A DNA stretch of 64,000 bases from the human T2T-CHM13v2.0 reference genome, Homo sapiens. A program made the position numbers and the translations under genes. Shown in pieces: positions 25,495 to 42,175 of this stretch. The notes under the pieces were generated by a model that ran no database searches, was not told the origin of the DNA, and saw only the letters and a program-made list of their open reading frames with translations. Every line of letters starts with the position of its first letter. Within the stretch, counting starts at the first letter, position 1. The stretch lies in assembly GCF_009914755.1 (NCBI RefSeq), contig NC_060934.1; one strand, written 5' to 3'.

Positions 25495-27068
25495 AGACAA
25501 ATATATATTGCATATTAATGTCAATATATGTGAGCCACTCATGCTGGCTGGTCACGATTTGCAGTGCCTTCTCTGTGGATGTATTAGTATTGTAAGTGGA
25601 CGGTTCACAGTCTCTAGTGGGAACTATAATAGTTTTCACTGAGTGGATTTAGTTGAACTTTATATTTGTTATGTTTTTCTGTGTACTTCACTCCAGAAGG
25701 GAGACCAGAAATCTCCTCGCTGTTGGTTTTTCCTATTGCTAAGGAAACCTGGGGACCACAGATCAATCTTGAGAGCCAGATGGTGGTGATTTGATGAAGG
25801 GATAGTGCTTGGCCACACACACATCCTGGGAGTCAGCCTCCCTCCTGCTGCTAGATTTGTTCTGCCTCTGCATAGCCTGTGGTTTGGGTTAAGGATAGCA
25901 GTTTCTGCAATGAATGTTGACTCCTTAGGATAAAACACCATCTGGAAATTAATCAGCTAGGTTATGAAAGCGGATCTGGCTGCTTTTAGGAAAGAGCACA
26001 CACCTGAGAGTTTCTAGCACTGGCCAATCACACAGGCACACAAAAGAACCAAATTAGAAAGGATGGAAGGAAATCTGGGTTAGCGTTGGTTGATGTTTTG
26101 GCCCCCCATCTCCCCAGACTGGTCTCCACAGCCTGCCATTCCCCAGTACACTCGTCTCCAACCTCCACTTGGTCCCTTCCTTGGTGTCTGCACTTTTCAC
26201 TTTGCCAATTTCTAATCACGTGTAATATCCTCTTTATGGCATTTCTATTCCAATTCTTGAATTGCCAATTATAGTGGGAGAAAAGATTTGAGCCCCAGTG
26301 ATTGAGATTACTCCGGTTACTGCCCATCACACTTTCTTCACGGGCAGCCACATTGTCTTCACTCTTCCCTTGTTACTAACTCCTCTTTGCCAGGAGACCC
26401 TGGCCCTGCCCACATCTGTGCATATATACACACTCTCTCAGTGTGTACCCACTTACTGTACTGAATGGCACTGTGCTGCACTGGCCTGCCTTCGCTTTAT
26501 GTTCATCTCCCCATTTCAAAGTTTTCCCATATATTTACTCTCTAGGTCTTACATCTGTGTCACTGAAGATGAATACTACCTTTCCAGGCTATCAGCGCCT
26601 ATGTGTTCATGAGCTTGCTCTGTTTGCCTTCCCCTGGATTCGCTTCATTGCTTCTTCCTCTTCTCCCTTTCTCTTTATCCAGTCACTTATTCATTCACCA
26701 ATCAGAACTTCTATCCTGTATTAAAGTACCAAGGACACAAAAATGAATAAATGATGAGATCTGCCTTTGAGGAGACACACAAATAAAAGTAAAATTCTAA
26801 TTCAATGGGACTAGAGCTGTTTGAAAGGTACCAGTGAAGGAAGTAAGAAAGTTCATGTGCCTCATGTGTTGTTCTAAAAAAACATGAAAAACTAGTAGCA
26901 CAGGGCATAATATGCGTGCTTAATAGACACTATTTTTTTCAAAGATAGATCAGTGCTTGATCTGCAGTTGCTTCTCTTCTAGATGCCTTTCTCTTGCTCT
27001 GATATCTACAAGCCCCACAAAAAAAGCCTTTCTGATGTTGCTACCTCTCACTTTGTTGCTACCTCTCA

Positions 27069-27375
27069 CTTTTTTTTTTTTTTTCTTTTTGGAGGCAGAG
27101 TCTCCCTCTGTTGCCCAGGCTGGAGTGCAGTGGCGCAATCTTGGCTCACTGCAACCTCCACATCCCAGGTTCAAACCATTCTTCCTGCCTCAGCCTCTCG
27201 AGTAGCTGGGATTACAGGTGTGTGCCACCACACACGGCTAATTTTTGTATTTTTTAGTAGATATGGGGTTTCACCATCTTGGGCAGGCTTGTATTGAACT
27301 CCTGGCCTCAGGTGACCCACCCACCTAGGCCTCCCAAAGTGCTGAGATTACAAGCATGAGCCACCACACCTGGCC
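27069..27375 (-). mobile_element. Alu (AluS)
   Basis: Full antisense dimer. Confidence 0.95.
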
Positions 27376-28030
27376 TCACTTATTTCCTTTATCATCAGAC
27401 TGTTTGAAAGTCTTCCTTGGCTAATCTTTCTCCTTGATCATTCATTTATTCTAAAAATATCTGTGACATTGAGTGAAATAGGAATCATCTCAGTATGTAT
27501 ATATAGGTATATAGAGGTACACATACCTATATATACATATATATACACCTATATATACCTCTCTCTATATGTGTATATACACACAATGAAATTCATTTTA
27601 TAAATAAAATCTTCTGGATTGCCTATATTTCTGTGTATGTATGTATGTATGTATGTGTAATTTTGGAGATATTTCGTGAGAACAGCAAGAAAACATTCCT
27701 GTTCTTGTATTCTGAGGCTTTTCAAGACCTGCATTTCAGAAGCACTTTAATCAAATTTGATCCTTTTAGGATCTGTGTGATCAAGGATCACTTTTAGAGT
27801 TGTCAGACTCTCCAGGGTCACCATTAACCAGAGTCAATCCCTTGGTGGGGGTGAGCAGAGTTTGTATCTGAATTTCCAGGACTGTCCTGGAATTGGGTTT
27901 CCCTCTATGAGCCAGAGAGTCAGGTAACATTTGCTTAGGTAGTTCTCCAGGTGAGTATAATGAACCATGGAAATAATCTTCCATATCACACTCATCAAAA
28001 GCAATACTATCTCTTTTTAATTTGAAGACA

Positions 28031-28031
28031 T

Positions 28032-28062
<31 letters not shown>

Positions 28063-28293
28063 TTTTGAGACGGAGTCTCGCTGTCGCCCAGGCTGGAGTG
28101 CAGTGGTGTGATCTCGGCTCACTGCAGCCTTTGTGCTAATTTTCTTTTTTTTTTTTTTTTTTTTGTATTTTTAGTAGAGATGGGGTTTCACCATGTTAGC
28201 CAGGCTGGTCTCAAACTCCTGACCTCAGATGATCCACAAGCCTCGGCCGCCCAAAGTGCTAGGATTACAGGCGTGAGCTACTGTGCCTCGCCC
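28031..28293 (-). mobile_element. Alu (AluS) with an internal deletion in the right arm
   Basis: (TTTA)n tail. The sequence jumps from cactgcagcct to gctaatttt. TSD TAATTTGAAGAC. Confidence 0.9.
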
Positions 28294-28887
28294 TAATTTG
28301 AAGACTTTTAAATTAGGTTCCATTCTTGATATTGTGTAATACCTAATTCGCAATATTTTTTATAACAAACTATAACGGCTAATGTGCTATCCCTACAGAT
28401 AGAGCATGATCTTGGTAGTTTATTTGGTTTTAAACTTTTATTTAGAAGTCATGTTGAATGTATGAATTACAGTCACCACTTGCACTTCTACCACGTCAAC
28501 TAAGAAATGTTTTGAAATGGGTAAGGTACATGAAGAAAATTTTATTAGAGATGTCTGGTTGTGTTAGATCATTCTAAAGCTTATTTCCATACTCTTTTTT
28601 ATATTTTTCTATTTATTCATGTTCTAGTTTAGTCTCATGTCTGAATTATTTAACGTGTGACTATTCTATTCTTCCAAATTATTTTATTAACAGAATTGTT
28701 GGGTTACTAAATGGTTGTCAATATTTAAGTTCTCTTACTGTCAATTGATCAGATAAGAAGCAAATGACGGGGGTGATAATTTCTGGTCATTTCATTTCTT
28801 CCTGGCTAGCGAATCTCAGAATACTAGCTTTGAAGGTATTTTTTTAAATCACATTACTAGAATGTCAAACATTACTAAAGGCTTCAC

Positions 28888-29004
28888 TTTTTTGTCTTTT
28901 TTTCAATCTTTATAGAGACTGACAACAATTACCAACGTGATTGTATTGCAAGTCATCAGGGCAAGGTATTTGGAAAAGTTTTCAATTAGCAATAATCATG
29001 CCTC
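28888..29004 (-). pseudogene. U4 snRNA retro-pseudogene (5'-truncated, with A-rich tail)
   Basis: The reverse complement reads GAGGCATGATTATTGCTAATTGAAAACTTTTCCAAATACC...GACTTGCAATA...AATTGTTGTCAGTCTCTATAAAGATTG followed by an A-rich tail. This matches U4 from about nt 43 to the 3' end. The Sm site AATTTTTG is mutated to AATTGTTG. Confidence 0.9.
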
Positions 29005-29049
29005 CCATTCCCTCAGGGTCTGCGCTCTTCTATCAATCCAATAAATTTA

Positions 29050-29145
29050 TGTTTTATTTTTAGAGACAGGGTCTCACTCTTTCACCCAGGCTGGAGTGCA
29101 GTGGCACTACCATAGCTACCACAGCTCACTGTAACCTCAAACCCC
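29050..29145 (-). mobile_element. 5'-truncated Alu (AluJ-like)
   Basis: gagacagggtctcactc...ggctggagtgcagtggc, with TSD CAATCCAATAA. Confidence 0.8.
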
Positions 29146-29556
29146 AACTACCTACAATCCAATAATTTTTACCAGTGACAATAGCTTCTTCTTGTAACAT
29201 GCTTCCCAACTACCTTCATCCCCTAGGTGTGGAACAATCCAGAATTTAGAGCCGGGGATCTAGGTTTGAATCTTCTAGTTCATGAATAAGACAGGCATCA
29301 GTTTCCTTATGTCTAACATGGGGATAATAATATTGACCTCAAAGAGACGTTGTAAGGATTAAACATATATGAAAAGAATTATACAAATGCTATGAATAAT
29401 TAATAATTAATCTGCATTCTCTTGAGGGCCTTTAATGACTCATACATTGCAGAGAATTTCAGGTTCAGTGATAAGTAAATGGGAAGATATTTTTGGATAT
29501 CTACAAAGTCTCCTACCTTTTTATGCAGAAGCAAACCTGTGCATTAAAAGACAACC

Positions 29557-30621
<1,065 letters not shown>

Positions 30622-30919
30622 AAAAGACAATCAACCAAGCTGGCATATCAATGTACTCCATTTCTTACCTGTCTGTAAACAAAGTATCTAAACACCAAAG
30701 TTATGTGATTAGAATGTATTATTTTAGGCAGCTTTTATGATAAGGCAAGTCTTCTACACATGCCATGCTCTATAAAGTATAACTGCATAAAAATTGCTTC
30801 TCACTGCTTGGGTCCACCTCTTATAAACAGTGCTACCTTGAGTTAGTTACTTAAGCCCTCTTAGCCTTACTTTAGTCATCTGTAAAATGGAAATGCCAAT
30901 TTTTTTCTACCCTTTATCG

Positions 30920-31546
<627 letters not shown>

Positions 31547-33627
31547 TCCAGTAGGGTTCTTGTGAGGATTAAGTTAAATGACGTATGCAAAGGGCCTAGC
31601 AGACATATGGTACAGGGTTAGTGTTCATTATGCTTGTTTCTTTTTTCAGATAAACTCATTGAAATGACAATTAATTGTATCTTGACTGTCACAGTAAAAA
31701 AATTTCAGAAGGACAAATGTATATGGAAGGGACTAGGGTAGTTCCACTCTTTTTCTTGAAGATGATGAGGACATGGCAACCTTGCAGCATGCAGATGTAC
31801 ATTTCAGCTTCAACTTCTCTTTGGCACCACTGGAAGCAATCATTCTCAATATTTATCCTCCCACCTATCACCCATCCAATCTGGACTCTGCCTAGTACCA
31901 ACAATGGCAAAAGCCCCTACAACAAGGCGCTAAAATTATTTACTATGATTTGCTTTGCCTGAAAGATGCCCCTGTATTTGTTTATAAGCATCATAGACCA
32001 AATGCTGAAAGATGTAAATTCCTGGTGGGTTTGGGTGAAAAAGAAATGAGTCAGTGACTCTGAAAACATTTTCTAACTTCTTTACAAAGATGTATTTTGT
32101 TCTTTTTGTTTTGTTCTGTTTTTACATTTACTTAACTGGTTTTCCTGCTTTTCAAACAAAGCTATCTTGTACAGAATCTAGTGCCCCCATTACACTAATT
32201 GGCAATGTAAATATTTTAGCAAACTCTGTGGGATCACTTTACCCCAGCTTTGGGTGAATGTATAATTTAATGCTACCGAGACAACTCGCACCATCCCATC
32301 ACTGGATGCTTCAGAATCCAGTGAATTCATTACATGGCAAAGACTTTTGCAAAATTTTGAAACCAGAAGTTAGTTTGCAATGGGGAGGACAAAGCTATGC
32401 TTTCTTTTCAGCCCCATGAACGCTCAAAAAGAATGCAGATTGGTAGTTTTATTGCTATTTGCTTAAATCAAAGGGAACAAAATTCTTCCACAAATGCACA
32501 TGTTCAGAACTCTTGGCCGATTAATTAACTATTGTAACCATAGGGAAGGCTAATTATATTGCGAATCACAAGTTTACCCTGAGTCATGTTGCTCTAAAAA
32601 TTCTATTTCATGGTCATTAAATGACCTTTATGTAATTCCTTGATATCCTTCCTTTGGTGTTGAAGGAAGTTTGATTTGGAGTGAGATATGCAATAATTAT
32701 TTTCTGTGTTGATTTTTCCCTCCTTTTTTCCTCTTCTTCCTCCTCCTGCCCCCAATGTGCAGTATTACGGAAGTTGCTGTCAAAGAAGGAAGTTTTAGCA
32801 GTAATGAATTGCCAAGGGAAAATGCAATTATTTTCTCAAATAGATTTTTTTCATTTATTATATGATCCACCTTTAGTTGTTCCTATGATTCCTCATTAGA
32901 AGCGATGGATCAGGTTTGAAATCTGGAGCTGTTCAGGGGCACCAGCCTGCCTTTCAGGGTTGATGAGATCGATCATAGGAAATGTGATAGAGCTGGCTCA
33001 GCCCAAGTTCCTGAGTGACAACACTGCGTCCTGCTCTGGTAGAACTTGAGTCTGTGGCACTCCCCAGTGACAGAACCAGACCCCTAGGTGTGTTAGTGTC
33101 AAAAAGGAGCCAGGCAGTTGCTGTGCGTAGCTATTTTGCTACATTTAATCATCTACGTCAGGAAGACAGGATTCATTTATATAATTCAGAATCTTCATTC
33201 AAGCAAAGAATATGGTTAGCAAAAAACTGTAGTTTCTCAAAGCCATACAAGCAATTTTATTTGTATTCCTGCAGAAAACTTAATACCAGGCAATTAAAGT
33301 AAAAAATACATATTTTTAAGTGGTATTGCTGGGGGAAATTTCTCCATCAGTCTTAATTTTGGCTGTCTCTGTTGGAAGAAGCACATAGTTTTAGTAGGAG
33401 GATTTTCATGAAAGGGAATAATAGCTCAAAGTAGTAGCTACTATTTATCGAGTCAACGAAGTGCCAAGCCCTTAAATATGATATCGTTTACCGTCCTTAA
33501 CATTTCTGAACTTTGTTCTTCACATCTCTTTGAAGGGATTAATAATATCTACCTGGTTGAACAAATGAGAAACATCAAGGTTCTGAGAAATTAAAAGAAT
33601 TATGCAAAATTCATGCACCTAGTGATT

Positions 33628-33673
33628 TTATGCTGGTGCAAAAGTAATTGGGGTTTTTGCCATTACTTTTAAT
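33628..33673. mobile_element. Half MADE1 (Hsmar1 mariner MITE)
   Basis: ttatgctggtgcaaaagtaattggggtttttgccattacttttaat matches one arm plus the spacer of MADE1. Confidence 0.8.
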
Positions 33674-34137
33674 ACATTTAATAGAATCAATCGTAGTGAT
33701 GACAAAGGCCACTGTCTTTCCATAGGCTAGTAATTTTCTTGATTGAAATAGTTGGCATATTGGAAACACAAGGGAAAGAGTTTTGTAATAACAGCCCTGA
33801 AATGCTTCTGTGAGAAAATGATGGTAATTATAATAATGATGACACAACAGTAATAATTATAGCTAATATGTAATAATTATGTATTATATGCCATGTAATG
33901 TCCTCAGCCCTTATAATTTTAATTTTATTTAATCCTCAAAATAATTCTGTGATGTAGACAATAGTAGTACTCACCATTTTCTAGAGAACTAAATCAAGGT
34001 GCAGAAACCCTAAATGTTGTACTCATTGTAACACAGCTAGTAAGTAGTACAACTGAGAGGTAAACTGAAAATAAATTTAATTAAATGTGTATAGTAAATT
34101 TTTTTAAAGCTGCTATCTTAAAATAAGAGTTGAGTTT

Positions 34138-34635
34138 TGTGATGGTTAGTTTCATGTGTCAATTTGACTGGGCTAAACAGATAGCCAGGTAGCTGGTAAA
34201 ACATTATTCCTGGGTGTGTTTGTGAGAATGTCTGCAGAAGAAATTAACATTCGAATCAGTAGACTGAATAAAGAGACTGCCCTCAGCAATGTAGGTGGGC
34301 ACTAGCCAATCTATTGAAGGCCTACAGAGAACAAAGAGGAAAGGTGAATTATCTCTCTCATGTTGATCTGGGACATGCATGTTCTCCTGCCCTGGGACAT
34401 TGGACATCATAGCTCCTGGTTCTTGGGTCTCAGAAGTCAGGACTTACACCACGGGTTCTCCTGGTTCTCAGGCCTTTGGGCTTAGACTGAAACTATACCA
34501 CCAGTTTTCCACGGCAGATGGTGGGACTTTTCAGCCTCCAAAATTGCACAATCTAATTCCTTATAACAAATCCCTTTTTATATATCTACATATATTCTAT
34601 TGGTTCTGTTTCTCTGGAGAATCCTGACTAATACA
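34138..34635 (+). mobile_element. ERVL solo LTR, MLT2(B/D)-like
   Basis: TGTGATGGTTAGTTTCATGTGTCAATTTGACTGGGCTA...TTGGTTCTGTTTCTCTGGAGAATCCTGACTAATACA. Confidence 0.88.
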
Positions 34636-35775
34636 CATTTCATAGGTGAAACAGAAACAAAACTAAATAAACTCTATTGAAATGTAATGACACAAAAGGA
34701 ACTGCATAACTAAACTTATTGGCTTTTGTAGCATAGAGAGTAGTTTTGAAGTACTCTCATACATTCGCAGCACTTTTATAACCAAAATAGCTTCATTCGA
34801 TTTACCCTCTTTCTCAGACTGATTCCCTGCCATACTTACCTCCTAGGGGTTTTCCACACTGGTAACATCCTGAATGTTTGTTTGCCTGGTTTAGCCTGAA
34901 TATGTTCAGGATCTCCTAGAGGTTATCTGTAATATCACACTGTCAATAGGAGACAATAACCCAGTGCATTTTGGCCTGAAAATTCCTCACACCCTAGCAT
35001 CTGATCATTCGAAGTTAATGGATGCTTCATTTGTTCTGTAAATACAAAGGTCATGCATAAGGTTTACAAAATACCTGGTAACTAAATGGAAAACAAGAAC
35101 TTTGCTCTGTATTTTCAGATCACTTCCCTCCAAAATTGTTTTTATCTCCATCATTTTTTCAACTCTACCATATTGTGAGTATATCTACCTAGGAACACCC
35201 AAATCACTACTTAATTGAATTCACAATTCAACTCCTGAATGGTGACATTCTGCATGATGCTGATAAATGAAGAATATCCTCAAGGGGAACAATGTTAACT
35301 GTGTTATACAAGCTCAGAATCCCCACCAGGGAGCTTCCAGCTCTTAATTCCTTCCTTCTATTCCTCTTCTACTTATTACAAGCACTTGCAACATTCTTGC
35401 AACAAGAATTCCTAAATTCTTGAGACAGTTCTGGTCAGAAGGTAAACTCTCACACCAGCCATACTTCCACTGGCTGGAGCAAAGAGGGAGTAAGGAAGGA
35501 ATCTCTGGAGATCGGCGTGCTTCAGAGGATACACTCCTCCTCCACGACACGCTGCACCTCCATGGTTTCAAAGTAGCCTCTGTGCTCCACAGGTTCCGTC
35601 CCCCAGCCTCACCTCACATTCTAATTCCTCTAGGGCCCAACTGTCACTTTTGCCGTGGACCCTGCCCTCCCTGTCCTGCTGAAAATTGCAGCCTCCACCG
35701 CTTCACCCACTATTTATCCCCTTTCCCTGTTCTATTTATTTTCACATTTATCAACAACTAAAATACAGTACATTT

Positions 35776-36107
<332 letters not shown>

Positions 36108-36785
36108 TTATTTGCTGATTTATTTTGTCTCCACAACTAGAACACAATTTGCTTAAAGGCAGAGATTGTTGACAATTTTTTGGGTTATCATATTCCCTAC
36201 ACTTAGAACACCTGGCGTACAAGAAGCTCTTGAGCCATATTTTCGAATGAACAAAATAAGAAATGACTTATTTTCTTAATTCTTTTTCTAGGTACTGATC
36301 CTTTACAAGCAGGATTCTACACCATTGGTATAAGGGTATCTGTCTTTGTTCCCTGCAGAAACTGAGTTGTGGTCCATGAGTATAAGCTTAACAATAGACA
36401 CTGTAGCAAATTGAATCTATTTGTAGGACCATCACAGTTACCTTCCCAACTTGAGTTTCCAGTAGCCCAAGCCCTACTACCCTAATATTAATCAGAACAT
36501 GAGTGGAATATCTGGGCAAGAACACGTGCACAAAGAAAAGCCAGGGCTCTCTTTGAGACCTTGGCTGTGCCACTACCTTGACATATGACCTTAGGCAGAT
36601 GAATTAACCCCAAATGTCCTACTCCATAAAACAGGGAGTTGGAGTAAATGATGTTCAAATAACCTTTCATTCTCATCATGCCTTCTAGCCTCCAACCCAA
36701 TATACTCCACAAAGGAAAATACAGGAGTATAAAGATAGACTGCTAGTATTGCTGCAATACAAAGAGGGCTGAAAAACAAAAATAA

Positions 36786-37657
<872 letters not shown>

Positions 37658-39634
37658 CTTAAAGAGGTTTTACACCCTACTGTGTTTTCTCAATGCTTGT
37701 CCCTTCTCTCTATCCCCAAAATGTGTGGATTATAAACTTGTCTTATTTATGGTCTTCATTAAGTTTTCTTGGAAAACACACCTTTTAGAATGAAACTACT
37801 TTTAATCTGCAGCTTTATTTCCAGTTAAGAATCCAAACCAAATATTTACATTCTAATAACAATTATTTGAAATGTTATTGTGTCAATCATGAGATTCAAT
37901 GGAAGTATCTGATAATAAATGAATTTAGGTCAAGGTAAGAAATAAATAGCAAAAACACAAATTCACTCTACAGCAAATGAGACCTATTCTTCCATTCTAT
38001 TCATTGTAGCACTGCCCGAAATGTACAGATCAGTAGGAAAATAAAGCCTATGCAGTAGGTGCTATATGAAACAGTTTGCATACACTTGACAAAAGTGCAC
38101 ATTTCAGTTAAATTATATAGTGAAATTATACAATTCCTCCCTCCCACACAGTAACATAACAGCAAAACAATGACAAAAGTTCAAAATTAATAGAGAAACA
38201 TCAAGTAGAGGCCACCAATAAGATCTTAAAATGTGGAATATTTTACTAACAACTATGTAAGTCAAATCTTGGACTCCTGCCTGAATAGATGTAAGATGAT
38301 CATTTTGATGTATTTGAATGAGTAGTATGTATATGTAAATGTTTTGAGGTCCTGATAGCCGCAAAACTGACAATAAAGGCACAACCAGCTAAAAGTGCCC
38401 AAAATAATAATCAAGAAAACACCTGAGCCACGTGTTCTAAAAAGTTAATAATGCAAATGATCAGATGATTTAGATAAGGTTAGTAGTGAAAGAATGTGTA
38501 GGTTTTAACTGAATATCACTTATATTGGTAATCTTCCATCTTGGAGTATCAGCACATATAGAAGGCAATTTTCCAAACATTTTATAGTTATATGTGGCAA
38601 AGACGGGTTTCAAATTCAATGCCTAGAACAGTTGCAGCACCTAGAAGTACCCAGTAAATATTAATTGAGTAATGAATAAGAAATGGAGGGATGGATTCCT
38701 TAAAAGTGGTCTACTATATCCATCATACTAACTCCGGCAAATGCATTTTCCTAGGAAAAGAACAGTCAAGCATATCACAACTAAGATTATAATGGTTCAG
38801 TAAGTATAAAAGGGAGTGGGAATTCAATGTGGATACAGAAAAGAGAGAAAGTCCTAAGAAAGTCCTTAGGACACAGGAAGGCCGAAGCCCATTCTTGGCC
38901 CATCACTGGGAAGCTAGTTCAGTGGGGTTTAGATCATTTGAAGCATCATGTTTTCATCCTTGATAGCTCTGTGAGAATCAAACTCTAATTTGAGCATTTA
39001 CAGAGGTGGTAACTTTTGGAATTTAGTGTGATAAAGAGGTGATTACTAAGATGGTGGCCTTTGAGAAATCATTGATTCCTCCCTTCAGTTTCCTTATTAG
39101 TAAATAGAGACACCTACCTTACAGGTATTTCCATTAAAGAGGGACATTATGCATATAAAATGAAATAATGCACTAAAAGAAAGTTTGCACTTTTAAAAGA
39201 GAGAACTTTTAGACCTAAAGGCGATTTACTCTGTTTTCTTGCCTGAGAGGGTCACCACCCAGGCATAATCATAAATGCATGGAGTCTTCCTACAAGGGGC
39301 TTGAGTAATATATTTGATTTGACTTATTATAAAGTGGAGAGGGCAAGGCAGTAGAAAAATTAGGAAACATCTGGAATACTCTAGGATGGCGAAGGCCTAA
39401 ATAAGGCAATATCAGCAGAATAGAGAGATAAGGCTAAATTTGAGAACTAATTTGATTGGGCTGCAGTTCATGTACAAATATCACAAGGTAGGGTTTATGA
39501 AGCTCAGAAAGCAGGAATGAGCAATCTTTCTTCCCTTAATTGATCTCCCAGATCACTGGGTCACTTGTGCTGGGCTAACTGATGAGACGCCATTAGTCTA
39601 CAAGGTGGAAGTTTGCTCCTGGCAAGTGCATTCA

Positions 39635-39986
39635 TTTTTTTTTCTCTCTCTCTCTCTTTTTTTTTTTTTTTTTGAGATGGAGTCTCGCTTTGTCATCCAG
39701 TGCAGAAGCGCGATCTTCGCTCACTGAGATTGCTCCACCTCCCCAGCCTCCTGAGTAGCTGGGATTACAGGCATGAGCCACCTTGCTCGGCCCAGTTCTG
39801 CTTTCTCTGAGTCTTTTTGCCAAGAAGTAGATGAGTCGGTTAAAACTGGAATGAGGCTGGACTGTGGCACGCACCCGTAGTCCCAGATACTCAGAAGGTT
39901 GAGATGAGAGGATCTCTTGCACCCAGGAGTTTGAGACCAGCCTGAGCAACATAAGGAAAAACAAAAACTTAAAAAAAAAAAAAAAG
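39635..39986. mobile_element. Two Alu monomers (deleted antisense copy ~39635-39792; sense FLAM ~39856-39986)
   Basis: Recognisable Alu motifs with T and A tails. Confidence 0.8.
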
Positions 39987-40579
39987 TTGATATTGCCAGG
40001 TGTAAGATGAACAGGACACCATGCTTCTTCCAAGGGCAGGCTGTGCTGTGAAATGTCAACAACAGTCCCCTTTTTTGAGTGACTACTTCTTTCTAACTCA
40101 TTGGAAAATCTTGCTTCCTATGCTCATAGACTATCAGAAAATTTGATTTTTGAAATTATGTCAGTAAAAATGAAACCTCCCATAATTGCTTGTAGGATCT
40201 AACTCACTTTGACAACAGAGACATGGCCCCGATTTACAACTCAAGTACAGAGCTTCAGATAAGGAGTTTCCCAAGACAGCATTCCACATTTATCCAAGGA
40301 AACAGAACCCTTGGTCACAGCCCAAACCTCATGTTGACTCCCAGCTCTGCTTTGCTTTGAGCCTATCAAAACTCCACTTCATGGTTCCTCTAGTTTGCAG
40401 TATCTCTACTGTAACATTGAGTCAATGAACCTGACTTTGTGGGACTGCAGGTTTTGTCCTTGATGGTCTTAGGCTGGTTGGATTGGACACACTATTCTAT
40501 TCCGTGTTAATGCCATTCTTTTCATTATTATAGCTTAATTACATGTTTCTTTTTTCATTGCCTTATCAAAAGGTTCTCA

Positions 40580-41366
<787 letters not shown>

Positions 41367-41867
41367 GACTTAGCTCTTCTAGCTTCTGTAGTTTTCATAT
41401 GAATTCTAGAATATATTTGTCTCTTAATTTGGGAGGTAGTAATTATGTGTTTAACATCTTGTCTTCTAACTTAGGATTCCAGTGTCTTTCCAATTATAAA
41501 TAGTCTGTCAACAATCCTGCATTTTTAAATTTTTTCCCACTTTTCTCCTATATTTCTCATTTTTTATCATTCTTAGTTATTTCATGTTCTTTCATGCTTC
41601 TATTGTGAATGGGATCTATTTTTCTATTGTATTTTAATTGGGTGTTGTTTGTCTCTATTGAGATTGTGACTTTATTTTGCATGTGAGCACTCAGTTGCTC
41701 TAATTCTTAAAATCTCCCAGGTATGTCCAAATGGCCATAATTATGTTGAATAATATATTTGCTGTGATCTGTTTTTGATGAGATAACTTCTTGATTTGAA
41801 GCTGTTCATATATGTTAGGCTATTGATTCAATATAATCCCTATTACAAGTCCACTATTCAATTTCTA

Positions 41868-42175
41868 ATTTTTTTTTTTTTTTTTTTCGAGACGGAGTCT
41901 CGCTCTATCGCCCAGGCTGGAGTGCAGTGACGTGATCTCGGCTCCGTCACTGCAAACTCTGCCTTCTGGGTTCACGCCATTCACCTGCCTCAGCCTCCCA
42001 AGTAGCTGGGACTACAGGGGCCTGCCACCATGCCCGGCTAATTTTTTTGTATTTTTTAGTAGAGACGGGGTTTCACTGTGTTAGCCAGGATGGTCTCGAT
42101 CTCCTGACCTTGTGATCCGGCCGCCTCGGCCTCCCAAAGTGCTGGGATTACAGGCGTGAGCCACCGCGCCCGGCC
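41868..42175 (-). mobile_element. AluY
   Basis: CpG-rich, with AluY diagnostics (ttcacgccattc, gtgttagccaggatggtctcgatc). TSD caatttctaa(a)tttt. Confidence 0.95.

Noticed and set aside
31675-32057. Possible decayed protein pseudogene (long, nearly open frames with faint ADIPOR1-like patches such as tcagcttc..ctcttt and tccaatctggact)
   Set aside because: By eye there are only short, non-collinear matches, with no poly(A) or TSD. It would need a significant BLASTX/BLASTN hit.
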